A DNA stretch of 63,373 nucleotides, filler included, from Choristocarpus tenellus KU-1152 (lineage: Eukaryota; Protista; Phaeophyceae), in NCBI GenBank assembly GCA_964200185.2. It is 6 parts of 6 records of this genome, joined end to end, with 100 filler letters (N's around TTAATTAATTAA, not from the genome) between each part and the next. Parts side by side here need not be neighbours in the genome. Positions count along the whole stretch, not along the records: positions 29,965 to 50,344 come from CAXNAD020000399.1; positions 50,445 to 55,828 come from CAXNAD020010965.1; 4 more parts are not named here. One strand, 5' to 3'. A model generated the notes under the pieces. That model was not told where the DNA came from. It was given only the letters and a program-made list of their open reading frames with translations, and did no database searches. Shown piece by piece: positions 38,833 to 51,548 of this stretch. Both the position numbers and the translations under genes were made by a program. Within the stretch, counting starts at the first letter, position 1; each line of letters opens with the position of its first letter.

Positions 38833-41800
38833 ATGGGAAAAAAGGATGGACTCTTGGGTCTCGACCTCTTTTCCTGACCAAAAGCCAGAGTGGCCGGCAG
38901 CCAATATGGAGAAAAACACTCCTGCTGATACAGAGCGCTATACTGCTGGACTATGGGCTCTTTTCCACATTTTGAGCCTCAACCAATTTTCAGGAGGGCC
39001 AAATCCACTGCAGGTAATGGAGGGAATTCACTCATTTGTGGACAAGTTCTTCATGTGAGTACAACTTCCCCTGGTCCTACATGCACCTCTCTCTTCCTTC
39101 ATCCACCCCCCTACACCCCCTGGCCATTTTTCACCACCCCTGCATTCTACGGGTCTGGTGTGGCATGCTATCCCAAAGTTTAGTTGTGCACGTGTATGTC
39201 TGTGTGTATATTTTTATTTTCATTCTTGTGTATGGATTGCACCTTCAGAGCTGTTCTTACTTAAAGCAAAGCTCAAAGATAAAAGATGAAATCATGTTGA
39301 AGCCCCCTTCAAGTTGTTGGATATATTTTGATTTGGGTTCCTCTTCCATTACAGAATTCTGTTTACAAGGCATCGAATCTACTCGACTAGACTATGCTTC
39401 TACCATTTTTGAATCCCTGGCATGTATGATGTACTACGACCCATCTGTACGAGGCTATGCGCCTTTTGCAACCTACTTGCAATGTACTGAGTTTTCCTGT
39501 CCGTTTTTGTGTTTGAATTTGTGCACAGTGTATTCCTGCTGGGTTACCATTATGAACAAGGTGTCGTTGTCTGACCTTTCTTACTGTAGTGATCTGTAGG
39601 GAGAAGAACCAAATTAGTCAAAGCGCAACTTGACCAATCTCAGGGCTATCAATCTTGGAGGGCAAACCCTTGTGTCTTTGTACCTCCTGTTTTGAGGGAG
39701 GACATAGAACTAAAGAGGGAAGAGATTGTGCAGTCAAGGTTCAACCCTGCTCTGTGAGTTTGAGGCTGATCTATATAGAATGCTGTGCTCGTAAACGTTC
39801 ACCTGCCTGTGTTCCATAGGGGGATCTTGTCTTTTGATAGTGTGCTGATTAGTGACAGTCTGCCTGGTCTCTCTTGCAAAATATTACGTCTGCAATCATT
39901 TTCATAGTGTTGGGACAATCGAATGACATTTTCTACTGAAGACATTCTTTGATATGGAACTGAGGAATTTTTATTTAATTTTTTTAGTATTTCTAGGTGT
40001 TCTATGTTTTAGTAGAATTTGAAGCCTGTTTTTTTGTTAGAGTGCTTGTTACTGCACAATATAGGAATGGGGTTAGGAGTTGACATACTTTAATCAGGGT
40101 GTTTGTGGCACAATAGACTGTGGGCACACAAGATCATTGTTCCAAGGAGAAGTGTCTTGGTTTAGTGGTGTTTTCTCCAAATCAAAACAGAAAAGAACAT
40201 GCTTGCAAATTTGTTGAGGTAAAAGTTTGTGTTTGGCGCGATATTTCACCTATACTTTGATAAGATCAGGATGTGGTATAATATGTATACAATGTGTAGA
40301 TGTTGTGGTGATGCCATGTCCCCTGAGATACCCTCTGTAGTACACACGTTTGTTTCCCTCATATCTTTCCCCCCCCGAGTAATTATTATTGAATTAATTA
40401 TTATTGAACTAATTATTATTGAATTAATTATTATTGAATTAATTATTATTGAATTAATTATTATTGAACTAATTATTATTGAATTAATTATTATTGAAGG
40501 AAACCAACTATTGTTTGAGGTATTGTTTTTTTCAATCCCTGTCCTTCCTTATCCTGACAATCCTGCAGGTGTGAGGTTTGTCGAGTACACTTCCTAGAGA
40601 TGTATGATAAGTGTGAAAATGGTCGGTGTAGGATCTACAACTTCGGTGGTGATGATGTTTGGTATCAAAGGAAGCGAGCTGAGATGGGGTTGAATCTGAG
40701 AAGAGGAGTGGATGGGGCTGGTGGGGTAGCAGGTGGTGGGATGGAGACTGTGGCGGGGAGGGGGAAGGGGGAGAAGGAGCTGGCTCTATGGGTTTGGCGA
40801 GTGCACAACGCAGTCAATGTACGCCTGGCGGAGGAGGATGGCATTGCTGAGGAACAGCTTCACCTGTAAGATGTACTAAAATATTTTACTCTGATTGGTG
40901 TTTTTCAAATAGATGCTTCTGAGTGTACAGCAGCGTTGTCATCATCCAATTACAAGTTTGTGCCTCTGGTGGTACAAGTAAGTTGACTTGACTATGAGGA
41001 GATATTTGGTGCTTGTATGAAGAGAGTTCTTGTGGTGATTCTCATGTCTACAGTGCATGCAGTGCATCATTGGGGAAGGGAGAATGGAAGAACATGAAGA
41101 GCAACCGATTCTTGATATATTTTTTGTCCTAGGTGTGGTGACAGGACAGTGTGGTCTCAGCCTGGGTAGGGTTGAAGTTCTCCAACAAGGTGGCGGAACT
41201 GTTTTTGCATGCTTAAGACTTGAGTGGGCAATGAACAAGGCAGACACGAAGCAGTCATTACACTATATCCATTCAGTAGTAGATGTATGATAATATTTAA
41301 AACTATTAATAGAATGATTCAAAACTATTAATGGAACGATATATTCAAAACCCTTGATAGAATGATTCAAAACTATTAATAGAATGAACCTTTTTTTGTT
41401 CAACTTACATAACTTGCGCATCATTATTGTGCTTCCTTAGGCCTCTCCCCTTCTCCCCCCCCATCAAATTACTTTTCATTTTGTCCCCTCTTTAATTCAA
41501 CCCTCACTGTGCACAGGAGAATGTGGCCAAAATCACAGGACTGCCCAAACTGCTGGAAGGCAGTGGACAATGACACCAAGACGCCGGTGTGGGATGAGTA
41601 CGAGGTCTATCGCTTTCTTCTGCACCAGTACTTGTGTAGTACCAACACTCACCAGGAGCATGGGCGACTTAGAAGTGAGATTAGGACCAGGAAGCAAGTT
41701 AACATACGTGGGAGTGTGTGGGATGCAGGGCTTCTCCTATGTATCCTTGCTGTTGTTGGCATGTGGTTTCGGAGTTGGCGTACTTCTAGAGGATTGGGTC

Positions 41801-42120
41801 ATGAAAAGAAGCGGGCAGACAGTGGTCTGCACTGTCGCCACCAACAGACTAATGGCTCCTCTGAAAGGGTGGAGAAAGGGTGGGCAACCATTGGTAGGAG
41901 GTGGTTAGGCGGGATGTCAAGGACTAAGCCTGCAGCGGTGATACATGATGATGATGAGGGTATTGTGGAGTTTGCAGCAGGGGATACAACTCTTGCAGGC
42001 CCGGAGCCTGGATTGGGACTTATGCGATCAAGGGGAAGATTTTCGGGTTTTGCAGGCTGTGACGATGTTCGAGGTAGAGTTGATGGAGTTGATCGAGGGA
42101 ATTGGAGGAATCCTCCTTGA
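38833..42120 (+). CDS. QSOX-type ERV/ALR FAD-dependent sulfhydryl oxidase with C-terminal TM helix (5' end not found)
   Basis: Exons 38833-39054, 40569-40865, 41517-42120 splice in frame: RYTAGLWALFHIL, FFMCEVCRVHF (CxxC), LWVWRVHNAVNVRL, WPKSQDCPNC, WDEYEVYRFL, then hydrophobic AGLLLCILAVVGMWF. Confidence 0.9.
40380..40498. repeat. 15-bp AT-rich minisatellite x8 (intronic)
   Basis: TAATTATTATTGAA(T/C) repeated 8 times. Confidence 0.95.
41299..41388. repeat. ~22-bp tandem repeat x4 (intronic)
   Basis: AAAACTATTAATAGAATGATTC-like units. Confidence 0.8.
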
Positions 42121-43253
42121 TCCTGAATCTAAGATCTTTATTTAATGGATGAGGTATGCTTGTGTTACTCATGCCCCCCCTTGTTAAGTTGCACATTTTG
42201 TATAGTTACGAATTAGATGGTTTTATTAACCTAAGATCATGGTTTATTGCAATCGAATTGATTGGGTCACCTCATGCTGTGTTGTAATGATGGGACCCAG
42301 TGCGGGTAGCAGGAGTTCCTCCTACTACTCGTAGCGATAGTTTAGGGTCAGAGGTTTTGTTTTATTCATTGCTAATATTTCTTGGAAAAATCATGGTGTT
42401 GGTAAGCATATAAATAGTTACTGTACAGAATAGTGTTTTGATCTTCCACATGGTCCTACTCCTGTCATGCTCATTGTGCTTTTTGTGAGGGGTGTGCATT
42501 GAGTTTGACCTGGTGCACATGATTTTTTTGAGTTTGGACTTGTACTTTTTCACTGATGATTTTTTGATCCTGTGATGAAATTGGATGACAACTACAATGG
42601 AAAGTTCGTGCTTGAAGGTATGAACTCGTGAGGACAAGCCCTGTCTACATCATCTTGGTCTCTTTCTTTCTAAGCCTCCAAGACAATGCCTGCACTCTTG
42701 GTGTCAAAGATTAATGTATCGCATTTTCACCATGTTACATTAAATAAAATGCACAATTACACATGTAACAGTGTTACACATCCGGGTTGAAGAACCTTGT
42801 AAAAGGAATAGGATTGATACGAACGAGACAGCACTACTTTTTCCAAGGTTAATTTAATGGTCAAAACACCTGAGTAATCCCTTCAGAGGAGACTCTACTA
42901 CATCACACAGCGGAAGCAACAGCAGTTTTCTCCATAGCCCTCAGATTGTGGATGTGCGTTGGACTTGCAATTGGACACTGTTTCTATGAAGCAGCAAGAC
43001 AAGAGTACAAGAATATTTCGTGCACAACTTTGTTGGTTCATTGTGAGAATACAAATGCACTCCCTCTAGTAGTGCCTGACCAGTTTACCTGTCTACATGC
43101 ATGCATGTAAGAGGTTGGGTACACAGCAAATAGTCATTTGGATGGCCCACCAACCGCCTCACTATGAGGAATAAGTCTTCTTTCCTCCTTTCTGCCCGAT
43201 TCAATCTATTTCCATGCCTACTGTACCTTACGGACCCTACTAGTTCCTTAACC

Positions 43254-44313
43254 TCATGTACTCTTTCCGGCTTTCTTTCCCTTTTTGAAGCTTCCAGTTC
43301 CCTTTCCTGATGCTTCGTCCTTCTTTTTCATCTTCTGCACAGGCTTGAATACTGGTGCATTCTTCAATACATCTGGGAGGACTATCAGCTTCACATGACT
43401 GCCTCGCAGATACACCTGTTCCAGTTTACTCACACGACCGTCTCTGCCAGTCATTGTAACTGAGTCGAGAACCAGTAGGCACGAATCGAGGTCGATACAG
43501 CACGGGGGATGGACAGCACAGGAAGAGCTTCATTTGCTGCTAAAACGCGGATGGGAAAGGTATCTAGTGTTTGTCGTTACATTACTGTTAATGGAATACA
43601 AGGGGTTTGCATCGACAAAACAAGTGTGGTTCCTGGACATAGCAGCTAACATTATATCGAGAGATTTGTTCAACTTATTAGATAACACGTGATCATTGTG
43701 TTGTTGCTAGCGTTCAAAATCGCCTTCAACAGGATCTCAAGGGCTCAGCCACACTACATTCCCTGTCGTAGGAACACCGCATCATCTCCACATCCTGGAA
43801 GCAACCGCTGTTTTCCTCCGCGACAAACTTATCTCTTCTCCAGTCTCCTGTACGCGTTAAAGGTCTCCGCATTTCACCCTTTCGCCGCTTGGAAGGGCAT
43901 TAGGCTCACCTCCAGTCATGAAGCAGTTCATTGTGTCTTCGGCTTCATCCAAATGTCCCCGATAAACCTCCCCATTTTTCAACTCCACAGTGACACCATG
44001 CCCTTCTCCCTCATGGAGGAGCTTGATTGGGACTCCTACAGCTGTAAGTTGTCAATAAATTGTGGAGGAAGGTGAGGGGGTTGGTACAAGCGAAAGGACG
44101 GAGGCAAATAGTCAGCCACACAGTCCCACTCCATGTCCGCAGAGGCATGAGGTAAATCGAATTTAGAAATGAGCGATAGCGTACTTATGCGAGAGTCGGC
44201 GAAGCTTGTGCTTCACTTCGATGCAAGGCAATGACTAGTCAGAGAATCCGGACGTACTGATGGGGAAGTATGTGAAGGTCACAGCCAAAAGGTTCCTAGC
44301 ACTCACCAGCCAT
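43254..44313 (-). CDS. SNRPD3: Small nuclear ribonucleoprotein Sm D3, complete, 3 exons, 114 aa
   Basis: Exons 44313-44307 (ATG GCT G/gtgagt), 44041-43910 and 43459-43254 give [42 protein letters not shown]...[39 protein letters not shown]. Confidence 0.96.
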
Positions 44314-44932
44314 GATACCCGCCCAACCCCAGGTCAAAGCACTCAAATTCGCTTCGAAGTAATTTCCTGAGATTTCTACTTGAACTCTGTGATGAACAAT
44401 CCTCTTGTGATGTTGGTGGATGGGTTCTGAGTGCTTGCCTTCAGGTAGCAGGTGGGTTTGTGTGAGGATTAATAGATTGTGGACCAACCAAAAGAGTGGA
44501 CTGCTCTTGCAAACTTGGCACTCCCTTGTAACTCTATCGAAATGCTGAAGTGTTTCTATCCCAGTACTGTACCAGTCTTCCCTATTTGTTCTAACGGGTC
44601 AGAGTGGATGAAAAAAATGGCTAGAAAAAGAGGTCAAAGTTGGGGGTTGGGTGTGATGGGTCTTCACTCCAAAGTATATTTTTCGTGCAACCAGTGTGGG
44701 ATGACGCGCGGTTGTCACGCCGATATTTACAGGACATCGCACCAACCAACACAACCAGCACCGACGATTAGCAGGCAGGTAACATTGGTAGGCCCTTGAA
44801 GTCTTATCCGATGCCTGTTTGCAACTTGTGCAGGAAATTGTAAGTTGCTTTTCCTGCGGTGTGTTTGGAGTGAAAACCTAGAGTTGGAACCAGCTACTCG
44901 ACGTTCAAGCTGTCGCCAAGTCTTGCTGCAAC
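44314..44932. promoter_or_regulatory. Probable bidirectional promoter region between Sm D3 and the ThiO-like gene
   Basis: Two divergent start codons ~620 bp apart in an otherwise gene-sparse sequence; no specific motif assigned. Confidence 0.5.
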
Positions 44933-46493
44933 ATGAGTCGTCGTCGTGGTTTTCTCCTGCTGGCAACGGGTCTTTCGCTTGGGTGCGTTGGGGAGCTCGC
45001 TGATGCATTCTTCTCTTCACCGCGTTTGGAATCTTGCAATCACTGTGGTGCCAGGGCGACTTTTCAGAGCCAAGCTACTTCGAGCACCGTACCCAATGTA
45101 CGGGATCTATACATGACATCCCCTGGTGTGCTCCGCATCCCCAAGGATGTTGTGGTGATAGGAGGTGGTCTAGCAGGGCTCTCTACTGCCCTAGAGCTTG
45201 CCAAGCGTGGGAGGCAAGTGACGGTATTGTCACGCGACCACACCGAGGCGGCAGCAGAGGCGGCAGGGGGCATGATTGCACCCCAAGCAGAGCGTCTGCC
45301 AACAGGTCGCTACCTCGACCTCTGTCTGGCGAGCAGAGCCATGTATGCAGACTGGGTCGCTAGCATCGAGTCGATCGCGAGCTTCGGGGGACCTAAAGAA
45401 GAAACGCACTTTTGGAGCTCGGGGGGCTTCATATCCCCAGCCTTCGAAGGCGATGCCGTGCACACATGGACCCCACCTCCTGAGGGTGGCCAGGCACATT
45501 GGCTGGACAGGGTCCAGGTGAGACTGGATCATTATTGTACCCGACATTGCTTTATTGGTTGTTTTGGCAATTTCATTTTGAAGACAACAGTAGCTACTGG
45601 GTCATTAACTGTAAGATATTCGTCAGATTCTTCGAAAGTTTGACCCTGCCACGCCCACATCCAATACCATATATATATTTCTTTCTGTCAATGCAGGCGT
45701 TGGAAATGGAGCCGACGCTCTCGCCAGAGGTGGAAGGGGCTTGGTGGTTTCCACAGGATATGAGTGTTGATGCCCAGCGAATGTTTCGTGTATTGGAGAA
45801 GGCTTGCCTCAAGGCAGGAGTAGAAGTTCTCGAGGGGTAAGGACAACTAGTTCTTGGTGTGTTTTCTGGTAGCTGCAGAGTACCAAAGAGTCCTATGTTT
45901 GGGCCTTGGAGTATTTTTCACTCAACTCTTCATCGTAACTTAATGTGACCTTTCCAATATCCAGTGCGTCTGAAGTTCAACAAGGCCGTAGTGCTTGAAG
46001 TAGAATACTCGCAACTTGAAGAGTTGGAAAAGACCCAAACTTATAATAATTCCCCTCCCCCATACAATTTCAAGTGTTCACTTGCATAAAGTGGTGGCTC
46101 ACCATTCTCTGTACCACCCCTTTGATAAAGAGTGAAACCTAGAGGGGAGTCGATTTTGGACCATTCAAGTTGTAAGGGTTGTAAGGGTTTTTTTGAACAT
46201 TGTACAATACACGTCATGCCCATGCCTGAAATGCAGGTAACTTCCCTGAGGAGGGTGTGGCTGTGGAGGATAAAATGATCGGTAAAATTACGCTCAGTGC
46301 CCTCCACAGTGCTCAAAGCACATAAAGCACAAGGCAGTCATAGGAGACCCTAAACTCAATGATGCCCCACTCTTAGATGACATCACTCTGAAGTTATGTG
46401 GTATCAGAATTTCAGCTTGTGCCTTTTTGTTTGGTGCCTTCCCCTTTGTAGCTGTAACCAGCCTTTTGCAACTCCTCCACTCCCAACTTCGCC

Positions 46494-46525
<32 letters not shown>

Positions 46526-49006
46526 ACCTTACCTTGAACCCTCCCTCCGTGTGCAGGACCTCGGCGACCAGCCTAGTTTATGAGGAGAAAGGTTCGATGG
46601 TGGAGACTGTTGTCTTGGAAGATGGAAGGAGTTTACAGGCAAAAAGTGTGGTGGCTGCCACAGGTGCCTGGATGCGAGAGCTAATGCCAGTGCCCATGAC
46701 CTCGCACAAAGGGCAGATGTTATCTCTGAGGGTGCCTGATAATTTGATGATGAGGTCTGGGCCAGGGGTCACAGCAGGGGCAGGGGTGGGGGCTGATGTT
46801 GGGGCTGGTGAGGTGGGTGTGTGCTTTGGTCATGGCCTCACTCGAGTGCTCTTTGGTGAGGGCTGCTACATCATCCCGAAGAGGGATGGGCGCATCGTTG
46901 TGGGGTCCACTGTGGAGGTGAGTGCTTGAGATGGGTGCGTCTGTGTAGGAAAGTTTCATGTGGTGGTTTTTTATCTTCATAGTGTTTACCACAGGTTTTC
47001 CTCAGGGTAACATGTGAGTTTGGCATTATCTGAGATGTGAGATTGATTGTGAGAGGAGAGGTATAGCAAGGGTTATGCTGGGATGGCATGTAGGGCTCTG
47101 TGTGTGATGTCGTACCACATGCAAGACTCCCCACCCATGGTTATGTGTAGGCATTGGATGCTGTAGAGCATCACTAGTTGCTGTACAAAATGCTCTGTTG
47201 CGTGGTATTGATTCCTTGGGATAGGTTTCAAACTGGTGTGAAATTCGCATTTGCCTTGCCTGGCTACCTTCCCCTACCTACCATGGGAGGACTTTGCTTC
47301 TTGTCTCTGGCCTTATCAATCCCACCAATCTATGCTGTATCGTGTTCCTTCCATGGTCTATAATGATAGTACGTTGATAGTTGATGCTTCCCTCCCCTTG
47401 TCACCCCCTGAATACACACCCATTTGCCTTGGCCTCCCTGCCAGGTGGGAGACTACACCCTGCACAACACCCCTACTGGTCTGGAACAGATTATTAGCGC
47501 AATGGTAAAAGTGTGCCCATCCCTTGGAGGTATGTCTGTTGAGAGGACGTGGGCTGGTCTGCGCCCTGTTGCCCCGGACATGCACCCTGTTCTTGGGTCT
47601 TCGAGTCGCTGTCCAAATGTGTTTGTAGCAGGGGGGTACTGGCGAAATGGCGTTCTCCTTGCGCCCAAGGCTGCCCAGCTGGTTGCAGATGCGGTTTGTG
47701 GCACGGTGTCCCCGAAGGACCAGGAATTTTTGAGGAATTTTGGTATGGATCGATTCATGACTTCACGGACTGGACTGCCATCAGGATTGGTGCCAACAGC
47801 TGCGAAAGGTGTAGGAGTGGAGGGGTCCATTGCTGCTGATGTACCTAAGGTAATGTCAGTGGCATCGATGGGAAGTGGGGAAGTGGCAGCGGGTGAGGTG
47901 GAGGTAGGGACTGATGTTGATATTGATCTCAAGGCAGTGAGCGAGATTACTAGCATGCCTGCCGGGGTTTTGGGTGGGGGTTTCCAAGCGCTCTCTGGGA
48001 TGAAACTTACTGATGAGGAGATGGTGTCACTGGAGCGAGCAGCGGAGGAGGTGTCGACGGGGGTAGCGGCTATGGGGGAGGTGATCTCAGCAGCACCAAG
48101 GGGTCAAGGTTTGCCTATTGAGGAGGAGGAGGAGGAGGAGGAGGAGGAGGAGGAGGAAGCTGTTCATTGGGATGATGCAGGAAGCGATGATGATGATGAC
48201 TGGGAGGAGGACAATGACTGGAACATATCCATGGTTAATGTGAGGTTGACGGTATTTCTCCACAAGCACAAATTAATAGCAATGGTGATGTCATATGATT
48301 GATGGGGTTGGGGACTTTGTAGAAGAGCAACATCTACACCAATGGAATAGTCTGTATGTTGTCAGTCGACCAATGGTGTGCATTCATTCATCCTGTCGTT
48401 TTACCTGCCCCCCTTGATGTTACCGTCCCTCAACACTAAGCGAAGGAAGCTAGCTCAGAGGAGTTCTGGTATCCTTGTATTTAGTGGTGGGGAGGTCTGG
48501 TGGAGTTCCACATTGTTTTTTATTGGAAGCAGGACAATCATGTCTTGGGGCAAGGGTGATTGATGATTGTCTATTTTTGGCATGTCAAAATCTTTTGACC
48601 TTGTTAGTTTTTTGTTTGAAGTGAGAGCTTTGCTTTGCCTCCACCCTCCCCTTCCCCTTGGTCTGAGTGTGACTCTATCCTCTATGTTGAATGTAACCTA
48701 GTGCTTGGTGTAATCCACCTCCCCACTACTACAGTGGTCTGTATTGACTCTTCCTGTCATGTGGTTCGGGTACCCTTTTCCTTGCTAAATTGATGCAGTG
48801 TGCTCTCCTGATGAATAGGGCTCTACAGTTGTTATGCTTGATGCTTATGTATATACTATTAATATGTAACCCTTTTGCCCTTCTATGGATTCATTTTTTT
48901 GCACTCTCAATGAAGGGTGATAGTGACGAATCTTCAGATTCTTCCCTCGACACTACCACTTGCAATAGGGAGGAGGCTCCTGTGAACGAATATCATGCCA
49001 GGTATG

Positions 49007-49054
<48 letters not shown>

Positions 49055-50344
49055 TAAATATTTTACGACAGTTACAGAAGAAAGTATTACCAAAACAAAT
49101 CAACTTTTTTGAAGGTATTGCAGGGCAAGCACCCCCTGTTGACTTGATATGTCACTTTCAAATGAAATATGCTTTTGCCACCCCATTTTGAGTAGACGCT
49201 GGTTGTCATGTGTGTTCCCTATTTGAACCCCTTCCACTTTTGGATGTATTGTCATTACTAGCACCACTAGAACAAACAATAATTAATACTTGGAAAAATA
49301 TATATTATACTTGGAAAATATATATTTCGTTGTGTACTGTGTATTGATGCTACAATGCTCACAAGTAAAATATGACTTTGGAAAAGCAATAATGTGTTTC
49401 TTGTTCATGGTGGGTATTGGATTTTCATCCTCGTTGTTCGCTCTACTGTCAGAGGTGCCTTCTGGCTCAACTTTGCCTTCCCCCCCTCCACCTGCCTTTT
49501 CCATTGCATGCTGCTGTTGCCCTTGTCACTATGGCATTGCAATCCAGTGAAAAATTCTCTGAGGATAACCTTAGAGAAGCTCGAATGAGTAATCGCCTCA
49601 CTGAGGAGGGAGGGACTGACTTGGAGGAGGTGTTTGGTGACATCATGGGCGAGGTGGAGGAACCCTTTCCTAATGTTGCCTCCTGGGAAGATGGGGCCGA
49701 GGAAGTAGCCAAGCTCATGGGCGCCCAGGTACATGATGTTCTTTGAGGCTTGTGGCTAGCCTGAGGGGGTTAGGGTCAGAGTTCAGATTTTTAAGGATAG
49801 GATACAAGCAGAGAATATAGTTAAGGCTTTGTGGACGTGTCTGCAATTTCTGCTGGCCAGTATGTACGCCTGGCAACCTGTCTATTTGGCAACCTCTTTG
49901 ATGACTCCTCTTCCTCCTCACTTTTAGAGACACGTATATATAGCACTTTTTTTTCACTTTTTTTTTACGAAGCTGCTAGTATTCCTGCCCTTGACCCGTC
50001 CACTTGTTTTGTCCAATCTATGCAACATATCCCCTCTGTTATTATGATCTTGGATGTTATTTGGACTGCTGTAATTTTTTTTATTGTTGACAAAAACAGC
50101 TGGTTTCAATTGATCTGCCGGAGGGGATGAAGCCAGAAGACCTCACAGGTGGAAATGGTCCTATCTTCAAGGTGTTTTGGGAGAGGGGAGATGGGCACGA
50201 GGATGTAGAGATTCCCAGAGGAATGAACATAGCGTCCATGATAGAGGCAGGGATGATAGACATGGACGGTGATGGGGGAGGGAGCGATGGGGGCAATAAG
50301 GGTGGGACCTTTGATCCGAGTGCTGTGAGGGGTGCGGGGGAGCG
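44933..50344 (+). CDS. thiO: Plastid-targeted glycine oxidase (ThiO/DAO family) with acidic C-terminal extension, 3'-partial
   Basis: Exons 44933-45517, 45697-45836, 46557-46917, 47445-48239, 48916-49001, 49548-49728, 50100-gap. Motifs DVVVIGGGLAG, AAGGMIAPQAE, VAATGAW, KGQML, CYIIPKRDGRIVVGSTVE, TWAGLRP, GYWRNGVLLAP. N-terminal signal peptide ends ADA/FF. Confidence 0.88.
46492..46527. repeat. (CCCTCAA)n heptamer run in intron
   Basis: Five tandem CCCTCAA units just upstream of the 46557 acceptor. Confidence 0.85.
49011..49050. repeat. (TA)n microsatellite
   Basis: Direct reading. Confidence 0.95.
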
Positions 50345-50444
50345 NNNNNNNNNNNNNNNNNNNNNNNNNNNNNNNNNNNNNNNNNNNNTTAATTAATTAA
50401 NNNNNNNNNNNNNNNNNNNNNNNNNNNNNNNNNNNNNNNNNNNN
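50345..50444. other. Artificial contig linker
   Basis: N44-TTAATTAATTAA-N44; cuts the ThiO-like exon. Confidence 0.97.
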
Positions 50445-50503
50445 GTCCGAATAGAGACCCTGGTGTATTCCCCCCCCCCCTCCCTCCCAGACACTTCGAG
50501 TCA
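50445..50503 (+). mobile_element. MITE family C right end
   Basis: C-run followed by CCCTCCCAGACACTTCGAGTC, matching the family C right terminus. Confidence 0.65.
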
Positions 50504-50679
50504 ACAATAGTATTAAGTACTCTTGAATATTACCTCACAAGCACAGATCTGTTGCTGAAGTATAAACCACGCCACAGAATCATATTGAGGTGCACCCCGG
50601 TCAAGCACACCCTCTCCCCCACGATTAATTAACAGAAGGCTGTCATAATCCCGAATGACTGCAATGAACATGGATGTTG

Positions 50680-50938
50680 AAGTCAAAGTATCTTTGAGGG
50701 TAGAGCCGCGTCCATTTGGGGTCCAAAGTCCAATGTTGCACTTTTGATGTAATTTTGTCTCTCTTGTTAGTTAAAGAGGTGTAAACATCCTTGCTCCGGA
50801 CACTCCTTTTTATACCGTATACATTTTCCTACTCCGAAATATTTTGGAATAGGAAAAGGTCATAAAAAAATCCGAGAGAAGCCAAGCCCCAAGCGGACGA
50901 ACAGGGCAAACCTCGTACCCTCTAACATACTTTCACTC
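50680..50938 (+). mobile_element. MITE family A copy
   Basis: AAGTCAAAGTATCTTTGAGGGTA ... TACCCTCTAACATACTTTCACTC; no TSD visible. Confidence 0.9.
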
Positions 50939-51475
50939 TCTCTCTCTCTCCTAGCATGTGCCCCCTACCCTCTACCCCCTACCTCCCTACCTCCCTACCC
51001 TCCTACCATCCCGTCAGAATAGGGTTATCTTAAGAGGAAGGAAGGTGGTGCATGCCGGGGGGGTTACTTATCCTAACTTTCCATACAAGAACATTCTACC
51101 AATGGCAAGAAATGAGGTAAGAAAAAGTGAGCAGATGTGTATAGAGAGAGCTTCGAGGTCTCAGCAAGGATTTGCTAGGAGTACAGCCAATATTAATGGG
51201 AGAGGTGGGTCTCAAGGGGTTTGGAAGAGGTCTGTTTCTTGTTCTCAAACAAGCTACAACTACTGTAGTTGGCGTTATAGGATGGCCTTTCCATTGCAAG
51301 CGACACATACTCTGTGGTTGTGTTCGTTGCGTTCTCTGCCATATATGTTGTGTTTGCTACAGCGACACGTGGAAAAGGGTGAGGGGGGACAATTTTTTTT
51401 GTTTGGTTGTTTGGTTGTTTGTTTTGAATTGAGTAGCTATTTCTAAGTGTATGTAGGCTGAGGAAACTTCGTACT

Positions 51476-51548
51476 GCTTGCGGAGCTCCGTTGGTAGAGC
51501 GCGGCTCTGATAAGGCCGAGGTCCTGAGTTCGAGCCTCGGCGTGAGTA
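51476..51548 (+). tRNA. tRNA-Ile(GAT)-like sequence (tRNA, pseudo-tRNA or SINE head)
   Basis: 73-nt cloverleaf: acceptor GCTTGCG/CGTGAGT, D arm GCTC-CGTTGGTA-GAGC, anticodon arm CGGCT-CT GAT AA-GGCCG, T arm CTGAG-TTCGAGC-CTCGG. Several G-T pairs and a non-canonical G8/C14. Confidence 0.75.

Noticed and set aside
40229-40597. ORF with IIIEL repeats; likewise the PFPSL ORF at 55580
   Set aside because: Translations of intronic or intergenic tandem repeats.
46492-46527. Interstitial telomere
   Set aside because: The unit is CCCTCAA, only five copies, in an intron pyrimidine tract; simple microsatellite.
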